From the NCBI GenBank assembly GCA_038087875.1, contig CM076001.1:2296001-2345381 (forward strand): a stretch of DNA of 49,381 nucleotides. The letters run 5' to 3'. Below the pieces are notes generated by a model. That model worked only from the letters and a program-made list of their open reading frames with translations, was not told the origin of the DNA and made no database searches. Position 1 is the first letter of the stretch. The number at the start of each line of letters is the position of its first letter. The position numbers were made by a program, and so were the translations under genes. Below, in pieces: positions 25,520 to 36,500 of the stretch. The DNA comes from Malacoraja senta (lineage: Eukaryota).

Positions 25520-28500
25520 TTCCTAGAAAAAAGTGAAGGACAGCGTGCGTTCACCTCCCCGCGGACATCCGTTGTGGACCGTTGAACAAATAGGTTGCTC
25601 CCTGGTGATTCAAAGCGATCAAACTCATTATGCGATCGTTCGCTACTCAGGCACCAGCTGAGTACCAACCGCACAAGGGAAATGTAAGATACGACTGCAC
25701 ATTCTATTTTTAAATTTAAACGTGTGACACGAAGATGCAGCAAAATACATGTCATATAGCATTTATCCACACAATCTGCGATATAATATAGTGTTTTATT
25801 TGTAGCATTTGTAATGCATTTTTCAGACACTGTTCCATTCATTAACATGCACCCAATAATAGTTTGATCCTGGATTCCTCTTGCAGCCCCTTTTCAAAAG
25901 AAAAGGGAATCATTCTTTGGCAGCGTTCCAAATGATGTAAATCACAGGAACCTTCTAGACGACATCTTATACAATTCAGCTACAACAGCAGCATTACTAT
26001 CTTTCAACTGTTGGCACTTCATGAAGTAAAGGATATGCAAATATTATGTGTAACGTGGAAACAGACCAGAAAGAAATATCGACAAGAATTGTTCTTGATC
26101 TACAGGTTATCTTGAAGAAATGTGTTAATTCATAAAACGAGAGGTGAACAGATGTTGATGTTATTCCAGATATTAGGGCAAAATAATCTCAATGCATTGA
26201 TCCGTTGGAGATATCAAGAATGTTGATGTGCAAGATGATAGAGCCGGCTGAATCGGTTTAAGAGAATCTGACCGGCGGTACATGTTTGGGGATAGATCAT
26301 TTTGAAGAAAGTCATGACCTAAGAAAGAAGTGGCATGTTTTGTGCACTCAAACTAAGCAATTCACAGAAAAAAAACTTCACAGAGCATTACAGCACAGGA
26401 GGAGGGATAGTATTTTTCGAAATAATTCATTAAGGATCCATTTAAACTAGGGAGTATGCAACTCTCCTCACAAAAAATGGTAATAATATTGGACGGTGTG
26501 AATTGTGAGATGGACTGGATAATGCAGAAGCGTTTTCCCTCTGCAGCGAACAAAACCATGAGGAGTTATGGAGGGTTAAAATATGACAAGGTGATCAGTT
26601 GAGGTATTTTATTTTGTTCCTAGGATGTAGGTCTCTAAAAGAGGGTAAAAGACTAAAATGAGACGGTAAATATTTGAAGGGACGCAGCGCCAACTCTTCC
26701 TGGCGGGCGGGGCAGGTATTTTGAACGAACTCTCACTGTAAGTGGCAGTTGCATGTTACACAGCACGGAAAGAGGACCATTTCTCCATCTTGTTCATCAA
26801 CAATCTGCTTACAACCAATGCGAGTATATTTGAATGTGGATGGTATGTTTTTTTCTTCACTCAGCCAGCTTGCGGTGTGGGCTTATTTCACTGCGGGAGT
26901 CCCACGCAGATGGGTATAAGTTGAGTTCAAACATCTGGTATTGGACGTAGGCGAGACCGCACGTGCCATGTTCTCCAGATCGCAATATGTTAGCATTGAT
27001 ACCATTAATGTGGGGAGTGGCAGAGTATTAATGAAAAGGTTTTTGCCAGGACTGGAGAAGTTCAATTCCGAGAGAGACTGTATAGGTCAGGATATTTTAT
27101 TTCTCTGGAGCGAACGATGTTGTGAGTAAACATTTCAAGTTTTGAACGTTATCACGAGAGGCAATGTAATCAAGACAGTCGTCGATATGCCGAATTTTCT
27201 TCCAAATGAGGAGCAAGAGAGATTTAGTAACGTTGATGACTCGGATGTTAACTCCTGAAACTTGCGCTTTGCACAAGCGGAAGGTGACTGGTTGTTCTTC
27301 GATCTTAACATAGAGTTTTAGTGTCATACAGCGTGAAACATTGTCCTCCGGCCAAAACTGCCCGCGATGACCAACGTACCCCATCTGCACACCCACCTGC
27401 CTACGAGTGGCCCATATTCCTCTTAACATATCTTATCCATGTACCTGTCACAATATTTCTTGAACGTTGTGACTATACCTGCCTCAACTACATCCTTGAA
27501 GACTGGACCTTGAAGATTGAAAAAAGTGAATTTGTTATTGGGAAGAAGGAAATGGCAGATGGGTTGAACAGGTACTTTGGATCCGTCTTCACTGAGGAGG
27601 ACACAAACAAATGTCTTGATGTAGTCGTGGCCAGAGGATCTGGGGTGACGAAGGAACTGAAGGAAATCCACATTAGGCATGAAATGGTGTTGTGTAGACT
27701 GATGGGACTGACGGCTGATGAATCCCCAAGGCCTGATAGTCTGCATCTTAAAGGTACTTAAGGAAATGGCTCTAGAAATTGTGGATGCATTGGTGATAAT
27801 TTTCCAAGGTTATATAGATTCAGGATCAGTTCCTGTGGATTGGAGGGTAGCTAATGTTATCCCACTTTTTAAGAAATGCGGGAGAGAGAAAACAGGGATA
27901 TATAGACAAGTTTGCATGACAACGGCGGTTGGGAAGATGCTGGAATCAATTATAAAAGATGAATAGCGGCACATTTGGATAGCAGTAACAGGATCGGTCC
28001 GAGCCAGCATGGATTTACGAAAGGGAAATCATGCTTGACTAATCTTCTGGAATTTTATTTAAGGATGGAAGTAGGAAAATGGACAAGGGAGAGCCAGTGA
28101 ATGTAGTGCCCTGGCCATTCACAATACATTTGATAAGGTCCCACATAGGAGATTAGTGTGCAAATTAGAGCACATGGTATTGGTGGTAGAGCGCTGACAT
28201 GGATGGAAAATTGGTTGGCAGACAGGAAACAAAGAGTAGGGATTAACGGGTCACATTCGGAATGGCAGGCAGTGAAAATGTGGGTACCGCAAGGCTCGGT
28301 GCTGGGACCGCAGCTATTTACAATATACATAAATGATTTGGATGAAGGGATTCAAAGTAACATGAGCAAATTTGCTATCCATGTCAGCACTCTACCCCCA
28401 ATACCATGTGCCCTAATTTTGCCCACTAATCTCCAATGTTGGACCTTATCAAATGCTTTCTGAATGTCCAGGTGCACTTCATCCACTGGCTCTACCTTGT

Positions 28501-28732
28501 CCATTCTCCTAGTTAAATCCTCAAAAAATTCCAGAAGATTAGTCAACCATGATTTCCCCTTCGTAAATCCATGCTGACTCGGACCGATCCTGTTGCTTCT
28601 CTCCAAATGAGCCGCTATTTCATCTTATATAGTTGACTCCAGCATCTTCCCTACCACCGATGTCAGGCTAACTGATCTATAATTCACTGTTTTCTCTCTC
28701 CCGCCTTTCTTAAAAAGTGGGATAACATCAGC

Positions 28733-29169
28733 TACAGAGGTCCGAAAGCCGTTGGAGAGGTCGCTGAGGGAGGAGCTACAACCGAGCGGTAGGACTTAAA
28801 AAGGAGCGCGGGGGCTTGTTCCTTACAGAGGTCCGAAAGCCGTTGGAGAGGTCGCTGAGGGAGGAGCTACAACCGAGCGGTAGGACTTAAAAAGGAGCGC
28901 GGGGGCTTGTTCCTTACAGAGGTCCGAAAGCCGTTGGAGAGGTCGCTGAGGGAGGAGCTACAACCGAGCGGTAGGACTTAAAAAGGAGCGCGGGGGCTTG
29001 TTCCTTACAGAGGTCCGAAAGCCGTTGGAGAGGTCGCTGAGGGAGGAGCTACAACCGAGCGGTAGGACTTAAAAAGGAGCGCGGGGGCTTGTTCCTTACA
29101 GAGGTCCGAAAGCCGTTGGAGAGGTCGCTGAGGGAGGAGCTACAACCGAGCGGTAGGAGTTAAAAAGGA
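28733..29169 (+). repeat. 91-bp tandem monomers (about 4.8 copies) at the CR1 5' end
   Basis: tacagaggtccgaaagcc... starts at 28733, 28824, 28915, 29006 and 29097; copies are essentially identical. Confidence 0.97.
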
Positions 29170-29283
29170 ACCCAAATCGGCAACGTTCCACTTCAAAAAC
29201 AAGTGGGTTTGAGGAAGCCGCTGATTGGTGGACGCAGATAAGAGAGAGCAGCTGATTGGGAGTCAGATCCCTGCTGATTGTAC

Positions 29284-29470
29284 TGTATTGTAGCAGTTTG
29301 TTTTGTATTGTAGCAGTTTTTTTGTATTGTAGCAGTTTGTTTTGTATTGTAGCAGTTTGTTTTGTATTGTAGCAGTTTGTTTTGTATTGTAGCAGTTTGT
29401 TTTGTATTGTAGCAGTTTGTTTTGTATTGTAGCAGTTTGTTTTGTATTCTATCAGTTTGTTTTATATTCT
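29284..29470 (+). repeat. 20-bp minisatellite (TGTATTGTAGCAGTTTGTTT), about 9 copies, in the CR1 5'UTR
   Basis: Seen directly; the last copies are degenerate. Confidence 0.95.
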
Positions 29471-29488
29471 ATCCAGGGTAAGGGGAGT

Positions 29489-30424
29489 ATGACGGCCAGG
29501 GCAGTTTACTGTTCTGGATGTCAGATGTGGGAAGTCATGGAGTCTGTTAGCCCTCCAGACGTCCACATCTGCGCCAGGTGTATCGAGATGGGGCTCCTAA
29601 TGGACCGTATTAGGAACCTGGAGCAGCAGCTCGATGACCTCCGTCTGGTCAGGGAGAGCGAGGAAGTCATTGAGAAGAGTTACAGGGATGTGGTCACTCC
29701 AACACCACAGGAGGCAGGCAAGTGGATCACGGTTGGGAGAGGCAAGGGGCACAGGCAGGGACTAGAGAGTACCCCGGTGGCTGTACACCTTGACAATAAG
29801 TACTCCTGTTTGAGCACTGTTGGGGTGGACAGCCTACCTGGGGGTAGCGACAGCGGCCGGGCCTCCGGTATAGAGACCGGTCCTGTTGCTCAGAAGGGTA
29901 AGGAAAAGAAGAGGAGGGCAATATTAATAGGGGACTCTATAGTTAGGGGGTCAGACAGGCGATTCTGTGGACGCAGTCGGGAGACCCGGATGGTAGTTTG
30001 CCTCCCTGGTGCCAGGGTCTGTGATGTGTCCCAACGTGTCCAAGACATCCTGAAAGGGCAGGGAGAGGAGCCCGAGGTCGTGATACATATAGGTACCAAT
30101 GACATAGGTAAAAAAAGAGAAGAGGTCCTGAAAGGAGAATTTAGGGAGTTAGGAGGGGAGTTAAAGAGAAGGACAGCAAAGGTAACAATCTCGGGATTAC
30201 TGCCTGTACCACGCGACAGTGAGAGTAGGAATGGAGCGAGGTGGAGGATAAATGCGTGGCTGAAGGACTGGTGCAGAAGGCAGGGATTCAAATTTCTGGA
30301 TCATTGGGACTTCTTTTGTGGAAGGTTCGACCTGTACAAAAAGGATGGGTTGCACTTGAACCTGAGGGGGACCGATATCCTGGCGGGGAGATCTGCAAAG
30401 GCTACTGGGGAGACTTTAAACTAG
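29489..30424 (+). CDS. CR1 ORF1: zinc finger, coiled coil and SGNH/GDSL esterase-like domain
   Basis: ATG at 29489; CSGC...CARC, heptad LEQQLDDL, IGDSIVR, HIGTND, DGLHLN. Confidence 0.92.
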   Translation: MTARAVYCSGCQMWEVMESVSPPDVHICARCIEMGLLMDRIRNLEQQLDDLRLVRESEEVIEKSYRDVVTPTPQEAGKWITVGRGKGHRQGLESTPVAVHLDNKYSCLSTVGVDSLPGGSDSGRASGIETGPVAQKGKEKKRRAILIGDSIVRGSDRRFCGRSRETRMVVCLPGARVCDVSQRVQDILKGQGEEPEVVIHIGTNDIGKKREEVLKGEFRELGGELKRRTAKVTISGLLPVPRDSESRNGARWRINAWLKDWCRRQGFKFLDHWDFFCGRFDLYKKDGLHLNLRGTDILAGRSAKATGETLN

Positions 30425-33400
30425 AATGGTTGGGGGGAGGGACTCAAATAGAGAATGCTATTAGACAGTGTGTGAGGCAGGAGGCAGAGAAGGAAAGCAC
30501 TCAGACCCAACATGTAGGGGGGAAAGAAAACAATAATAAACAGAGAATAAGAGGTGGTGGGGTTCTTAAATGGGTGAGCAGAGAAACAGAGGGGTGTAAA
30601 ATGCGGGCGGAAGCAATAGGTAGCAAGGTGAAAGGTAAAAGTGGCAGGCAGACAAATCCAGGACAAAAATCAAAAAGAGCCACTTTTCAACATAATTGTA
30701 TAAGGGGTAAGAGCGTTGTAAAAACAAGTCTGAAGGCTTTGTGTCTCAATGCAAGGAGCATTCGTAATAAGGTGGATGAGTTGAACGTGCAGATAGCAAT
30801 TAATGATTATGATATAGTTGGGATCACGGAGACATGGCTCCAAGGTGACCAAGGCTGGGAGCTGAACATCCAGGGATATTCAATATTCAGGAGGGATAGA
30901 GAGAAAGGAAAAGGAGGTGGGGTGGCGTTGCTGGTTAGAGAGGAGATTAACGCAGTGGAAAGGAAGGACATTAGCTTGGAGGATGTGGAATCGGTATGGG
31001 TAGAGCTGCGAAACACTAAGGGGCAGAAAACGCTGGTGGGCGTTGTGTACAGGCCACCTAGCAGTAGTAGTGAAGTTGGGGATGGCATCAAACAGGAAAT
31101 TAGAAATGCGAGCAACAAAGGCAAAACAGTTATAATGGGTGACTTCAATCTACATATAGATTGGGTGAATCAAATTGGCAGGGGTGCTGAGGAAGAGGAT
31201 TTCTTGGAATGTATGAGGGATAGTTATCTAAACCAACATGTAGAGGAACCAACGAGAGAGCAGGCTATTCTAGACTGGGTATTGAGTAATGAGGAAGGGT
31301 TAGTTAGCAGACTCGTTGTGCGTGCCCCCTTGGGCAAGAGTGATCATAATATGGTTGAGTTCTTCATTAGGATGGAGAGTGACATTGTTAATTCAGAAAC
31401 AACGGTTCTGAACTTAAAGAAAGGTAACTTTGAGGGTATGAGACATGAATTGGCCAAGATTGACTGGCAATTAGTTCTAAAAGGGTTGACGGTGGATATG
31501 CAATGGAAGGCATTTAAAGACTGCATGGATGAACTACAAAAATTGTTCATCCCAGTTTGGCAAAAGAATAAATCAAGGAAGGTAGTGCATCCGTGGATAA
31601 CAAGGGAAATCAGGGATAGTATCAAAGCAAAAGATGATGCGTACAAATTAGCCAGAAAAAGCAGCATACCAGAGGACTGGGAGAAATTCAGAGACCAGCA
31701 GAGGAGGACAAAGGGCTTAATTAGGAAAGGGAAAATAGATTATGAAAGGAAACTGGCAGGGAACATAAAAACTGACTGCAAAAGTTTTTATAGATATGTG
31801 AAGAGAAAGAGATTAGTTAAATCAAATGTAGGTCCCTTGCAGTCAGAAACAGGTGAATTGATCATGGGGAACAAGGATATGGCAGACCAATTGAATAACT
31901 ACTTTGGTTCCGTCTTCACTAAGGAAGACATAAATAATCTGCCGGAAATAGCAGGGGGCCGCGGGTCAAAGGAGATGGAGGAACTGAGTGAAATCCAGGT
32001 TAGTCGGGAAGTGGTGTTGGGTAAATTGAATGGATTAAAGGCCGATAAATCACCAGGGCCAGATAGGCTGCATCCCAGAGTACTTAAGGAAGTAGCTCCA
32101 GAAATAGTGGATGCATTAGTGATAATTTTTCAAAACTCTTTAGATTCTGGAGTAGTTCCTGAGGATTGGAGGGTAGCAAACGTAACCCCACTTTTTAAGA
32201 AGGGAGGGAGAGAGAAAACGGGGAATTACAAACCAGTTAGTCTAACATCGGTAGTGGGGAAACTGCTAGAGTCAGTTATTAAAGATGGGATAGCAGCACA
32301 TTTGGAAAGTGGTGAAATCATTGGACAAAGTCAGCATGGATTTACGAAAGGTAAATCGTGTCTGACGAATCTTATAGAATTTTTCGAGGATGTAACTAGT
32401 AGAGTGGATAGGGGAGAACCAGTGGATGTGTTGTATCTGGACTTTCAGAAGGCTTTCGACAAGGTACCACATAAGAGATTAGGATACAAACTTAAATCAC
32501 ACGGTATTGGGGGTTCAGTATTGATGTGGATAGAGAACTGGCTGGCAAACAGGAAGCAAAGAGTAGGAGTAAACGGGTCCTTTTCACAATGGCAGGCAGT
32601 GACTAGTGGGGTACCACAAGGCTCAGTGCTGGGACCCCAGCTATTTACAATTTATATTAATGATCTGGACGAGGGAATTGAAAGCAACATCTCCAAGTTT
32701 GCGGATGACACTAAGCTGGGGGGCAGTGTTAGCTGTGAGGAGGATGCTAGGAGACTGCAAGGTGACTTGGATAGGCTGGGTGAGTGGGCAAATGTTTGGC
32801 AGATGCAGTATAATGTGGATAAATGTGAGGTTATCCACTTTGGTAGCAAAAACGGGAAGGCAGACTATTATCTAAATGGTGGCCGATTAGGAAATGGGGA
32901 GATGCAGCGAGACCTGGGTGTCATGGTACACCAGTCATTGAAAGTAGGCATGCAGGTGCAGCAGGCAGTGAAGAAAGCGAATGGTATGTTGGCCTTCATA
33001 GCAAGAGGATTTGAGTATAGGAGCAGTGAGGTTCTACTGCAGTTGTACAGGGTCTTGGTGAGACCACACCTGGAGTATTGCGTACAGTTTTGGTCTCCAA
33101 ATCTGAGGAAGGACATTATAGCCATAGAGGGAGTGCAGAGAAGGTTCACCAGACTGATTCCTGGGATGTCAGGACTTTCATATGAAGAAAGACTGGATAG
33201 ACTTGGCTTATACTCGCTAGAATTTAGGAGATTGAGAGGGGATCTTATAGAAACGTACAAGATTCTTATGGGGTTGGACAGGCTAGATGCAGGAAGATTG
33301 TTCCCGATGTTGGGGAAGTCCAGGACAAGGGGTCACAGCTTAAGGATAAGGGGAAAATCCTTTAAGACCGAGATGAGGAAAAACTTTTTCACACAGAGAG

Positions 33401-33537
33401 TGGTGAATCTCTGGAACTCTCTGCCACAGAGGGTAGTTGAGGCCAGTTCATTGGCTATATTTAAGAGGGAATTAGATGTGGCCCTTGTGGCTAAAGGGAT
33501 CAGGGGGTATGGAGAGAAGGCAGGTACGGGATACTGA
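30415..33537 (+). CDS. CR1 ORF2 (APE endonuclease and reverse transcriptase), intact; start uncertain (-1 frameshift at 30415-30421, or AUG at 30601)
   Basis: Stop-free frame 30241-33537; LNARSI, ITETW, GDFN, SDH; YKPVSLTS, QHGF, DFQKAFD, GVPQGS, FADD. Confidence 0.93.
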   Translation, partial: FKLEWLGGGTQIENAIRQCVRQEAEKESTQTQHVGGKENNNKQRIRGGGVLKWVSRETEGCKMRAEAIGSKVKGKSGRQTNPGQKSKRATFQHNCIRGKSVVKTSLKALCLNARSIRNKVDELNVQIAINDYDIVGITETWLQGDQGWELNIQGYSIFRRDREKGKGGGVALLVREEINAVERKDISLEDVESVWVELRNTKGQKTLVGVVYRPPSSSSEVGDGIKQEIRNASNKGKTVIMGDFNLHIDWVNQIGRGAEEEDFLECMRDSYLNQHVEEPTREQAILDWVLSNEEGLVSRLVVRAPLGKSDHNMVEFFIRMESDIVNSETTVLNLKKGNFEGMRHELAKIDWQLVLKGLTVDMQWKAFKDCMDELQKLFIPVWQKNKSRKVVHPWITREIRDSIKAKDDAYKLARKSSIPEDWEKFRDQQRRTKGLIRKGKIDYERKLAGNIKTDCKSFYRYVKRKRLVKSNVGPLQSETGELIMGNKDMADQLNNYFGSVFTKEDINNLPEIAGGRGSKEMEELSEIQVSREVVLGKLNGLKADKSPGPDRLHPRVLKEVAPEIVDALVIIFQNSLDSGVVPEDWRVANVTPLFKKGGREKTGNYKPVSLTSVVGKLLESVIKDGIAAHLESGEIIGQSQHGFTKGKSCLTNLIEFFEDVTSRVDRGEPVDVLYLDFQKAFDKVPHKRLGYKLKSHGIGGSVLMWIENWLANRKQRVGVNGSFSQWQAVTSGVPQGSVLGPQLFTIYINDLDEGIESNISKFADDTKLGGSVSCEEDARRLQGDLDRLGEWANVWQMQYNVDKCEVIHFGSKNGKADYYLNGGRLGNGEMQRDLGVMVHQSLKVGMQVQQAVKKANGMLAFIARGFEYRSSEVLLQLYRVLVRPHLEYCVQFWSPNLRKDIIAIEGVQRRFTRLIPGMSGLSYEERLDRLGLYSLEFRRLRGDLIETYKILMGLDRLDAGRLFPMLGKSRTRGHSLRIRGKSFKTEMRKNFFTQRVVNLWNSLPQRVVEASSLAIFKRELDVALVAKGIRGYGEKAGTGY

Positions 33538-36500
33538 GTTGGATGATCAGCCATGATCGTATTGAATGGCTGTGCAGGCTCGAAGGGCCGAATGGCCTAC
33601 TCCTGCACCTAATTTCTATGTATGTAGCTACACTCCAATCCACAGGAACTGATCCTGAATCTATAGAACATTGGAAAATGATCACCAATGCATCCAAGCT
33701 ATCTAGAATCACTTCCTTAACTACCCTGGGATGCAGATCATAAGGCCGTGCGGATTTATCAGCCTTCAATCCCATCAGTCTACCCAACACCATTTCCTGC
33801 CAATTGTGGAATTCCTTCAGTTACTCCGTCACCCGAGATCATCTGGATAGTACATCTGGAAGATTGTTTCAGTCCTCCTTAGTGAAGACGGATCCAAAGT
33901 ACCTGTCCAACTCATCTGCCATTTCCTTGTACCCCATAATAAATTGACCCTTTTCAGTCTTCAAGGGTCCAACTTTGGTCTTAACTATTTTTTTCCTCAT
34001 CACATTCCTAAAGAAACTTTCACTATCCTTCTTTATGTTTATACTTGTATTTGTTTAGATTACTTTAACTAAACCAAACAAATGTAAACTAACTAAACTA
34101 GCACGCTGCACAAACTGGTGACCGGCAGCAAAGCCATTAGTGAATGACTTTGCCAATTCAGCAAGATGGAGAAACGTAATAAGAGCAGCGTGTTTTACAG
34201 CCGCAGTTGCCCAGTTGCGCATGGTGGCTGGATTAACTGGAATTAGGTACTTGGTGAGATTGTCATATTTGGATTTTTATCCCTCTGGAACGTCGGAGAT
34301 TGCGGGGAGACCTGGTCGAGTTATGTAAACTTATGAGACCCGGTAGACTGGCGGAACTTTGATTTTCCCAGAATGTAAAACATTATATACAAGAGGTCAC
34401 AGCTTTATGGTACGAAGGGCAAAATTTAACGAACATGTGCGGCGCAATGTTTTACACAAAGTGTGGCGATTGCATGTAAGGCGCTGCCAGGGCTGATGGT
34501 TAAGGCGGATACGATAGGGGAATTTAAAATAGTTTTGGATGGAGATATGAATCTGCAGGGAATGGAGGGATATTGATAGCACGCAGGTAGATCGGAGCTG
34601 CTCTTGGTATCGGGTCGACACCGACATTGTGAACTAAAAATCTGTTCCTCAACTGATCTACCTAAATGCTGACCCTAGCACTAGGTATGATTGAGCTATG
34701 CTGGCTTCACCTTGCAATAAACGTTGTTCCATTATCATGTATCTATAATACTACAAATGGCTCCATTACAATCAAGTATTGTCTTTCTGCTGACTGGATA
34801 GCACGCAACAAAAGCTTTTCAAAGTTCCAAAACAGACATAGTCTGGTCCAGGTTTAGGAAATTTGGTATTATTTTCGCAATGGCCACAGGAAGTCCGAAG
34901 AGGTGCAGTGATTATGAACAGTGATTGTGCCTGCTGTAAAACGATTTTTTTTTAATTTTCAGGCAATGGCTGTACCCTGCATGTATGGCATATGCAGCAA
35001 AAGATGCGCCGAATTTGGACCAGCTTCAATATGGCGTAGTTTAATAAAATACAAAATACCGCAGATACTGAACATGTACAATTGCACAGAAAATAAAAGA
35101 AATCTCCAGCGGAAAAGCAGCAGTTAGAAGGCGAAAAAGAAAGTTAATGATAAAGGCTGTTTATTTTTCTTCAAAATAGAATTCGCCAGGTGCAATCAGT
35201 AAAGTGTATTTGATTGGTGACTGACCGGAGATTGCATAATATTAGCAATAAAATAAAATTAATGTACTCAAGGGAGAGTTCGCTCCTAATGTTAAAAAGC
35301 AGATTCGATGAAATAAGGCATTGGGGCACTGTCATATTCTGCAGCGTTTCTACAGCTGCACCTCTGATGTTGCAGATACACATTGACCATGACGGGTTAC
35401 CGAAGATTTATCTGCCCCCAGAAGTTGTGCAACTTCTTTCAATACAGGAATAAAAACAACAGGTTTAGTCGATTTAGCCAAAGATCAATTTATTACTAAA
35501 CATTCAAATTATGAATACATAGGAATGTGTTGACCAAGTTAACCAAGTGAATCTTTCTTCTTCTTTGAACAACTGTCAACATGAGCAATATGAAACAAAC
35601 AAGAGATTCTGTTTCGACAATTGTAATTATTCAATGCAAACCAAGGTGCTCTCCGATCAATTCGAATCAATCTCGCTGATATTTTTGTCTACGATTTAAT
35701 ATGATTTATGTTAATAACAAAAGAGTTTTTCATCTTTTGTTCTCTCTATCTAAAAAGTACTTGGAAGAATAAAGAAATGCGAAGAAGAAGCCAGAAACAT
35801 TTCATTATCTTTACTTCCGGTGAAAACACTTTCATCTGCTAGTTACATTTCAGTTACACGATAATGTAGCATTGAAAGGAAAACAATCTAACTTCGTGCC
35901 GTTTCTGAAGAGAGCGAATTATAGAGTGAACTATAAGACATTGCTTGTATTTTCTTTAGTTTAGTTTACAGAGTGAAAACAGTCACTTCGCTCCATCACG
36001 TCCACGCCGACCAGCAAGTACCCGCACACAGCCTCTCTCCTGCACACAGGAACAATTATAGAGACCAATTAAACGGCAAACCTGCATGTGTCTCGAATGT
36101 GGCCAAAGCGCGGCCAGATGTGATCTAGCCGCGGCCACACCCAGCAGTAGGCAGCTCAACGCGGACAGAGTATCGCTGGCTAGGCCAGACCTCAATCGCC
36201 AATAACTGAGGACCAGCCCGGTATGCATGCTTCGCCCGCCGCAGACCGAGGACGGAGAACAAGCGCTTCGCGCGGGAACTCAGCAGGAAGTCCCGGTTCG
36301 CCCGCCCACAATGGGAGGAGGCCGACATAGGGCCGGTAAGGAGACCGGCTGCTGGAGAGAGGACCTCGTCGGTGCAGTGGGTTTCTGGAAGCATGAGACG
36401 TGTTGCGACGTCAATATACGCTGTTCTGCGATGTGTTCCATGAATCCAAGAATCTGTGTTCCAAGAATGAAACTAAAGTGTCCAATTTGTAGCATAGTGT

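Larger units (their letters stand above)
28737..33625 (+). mobile_element. Full-length CR1 LINE with both ORFs intact (young, possibly active)
   Basis: 5' monomer array, ORF1, ORF2, 3'UTR ending tttctatgtatgt; apparent 7-bp TSD agctaca at 28730-28736 and 33626-33632; empty site at about 12368-12374. Confidence 0.96.

Noticed and set aside
28733..29470. CRISPR-like array (91-bp and 20-bp repeats)
   Set aside because: Contiguous identical units with no unique spacers and no cas genes, inside a vertebrate LINE 5'UTR
29402..29488. N-terminal extension of CR1 ORF1 in the ORF track
   Set aside because: TTG start inside the minisatellite; the ATG at 29489 directly precedes the zinc finger
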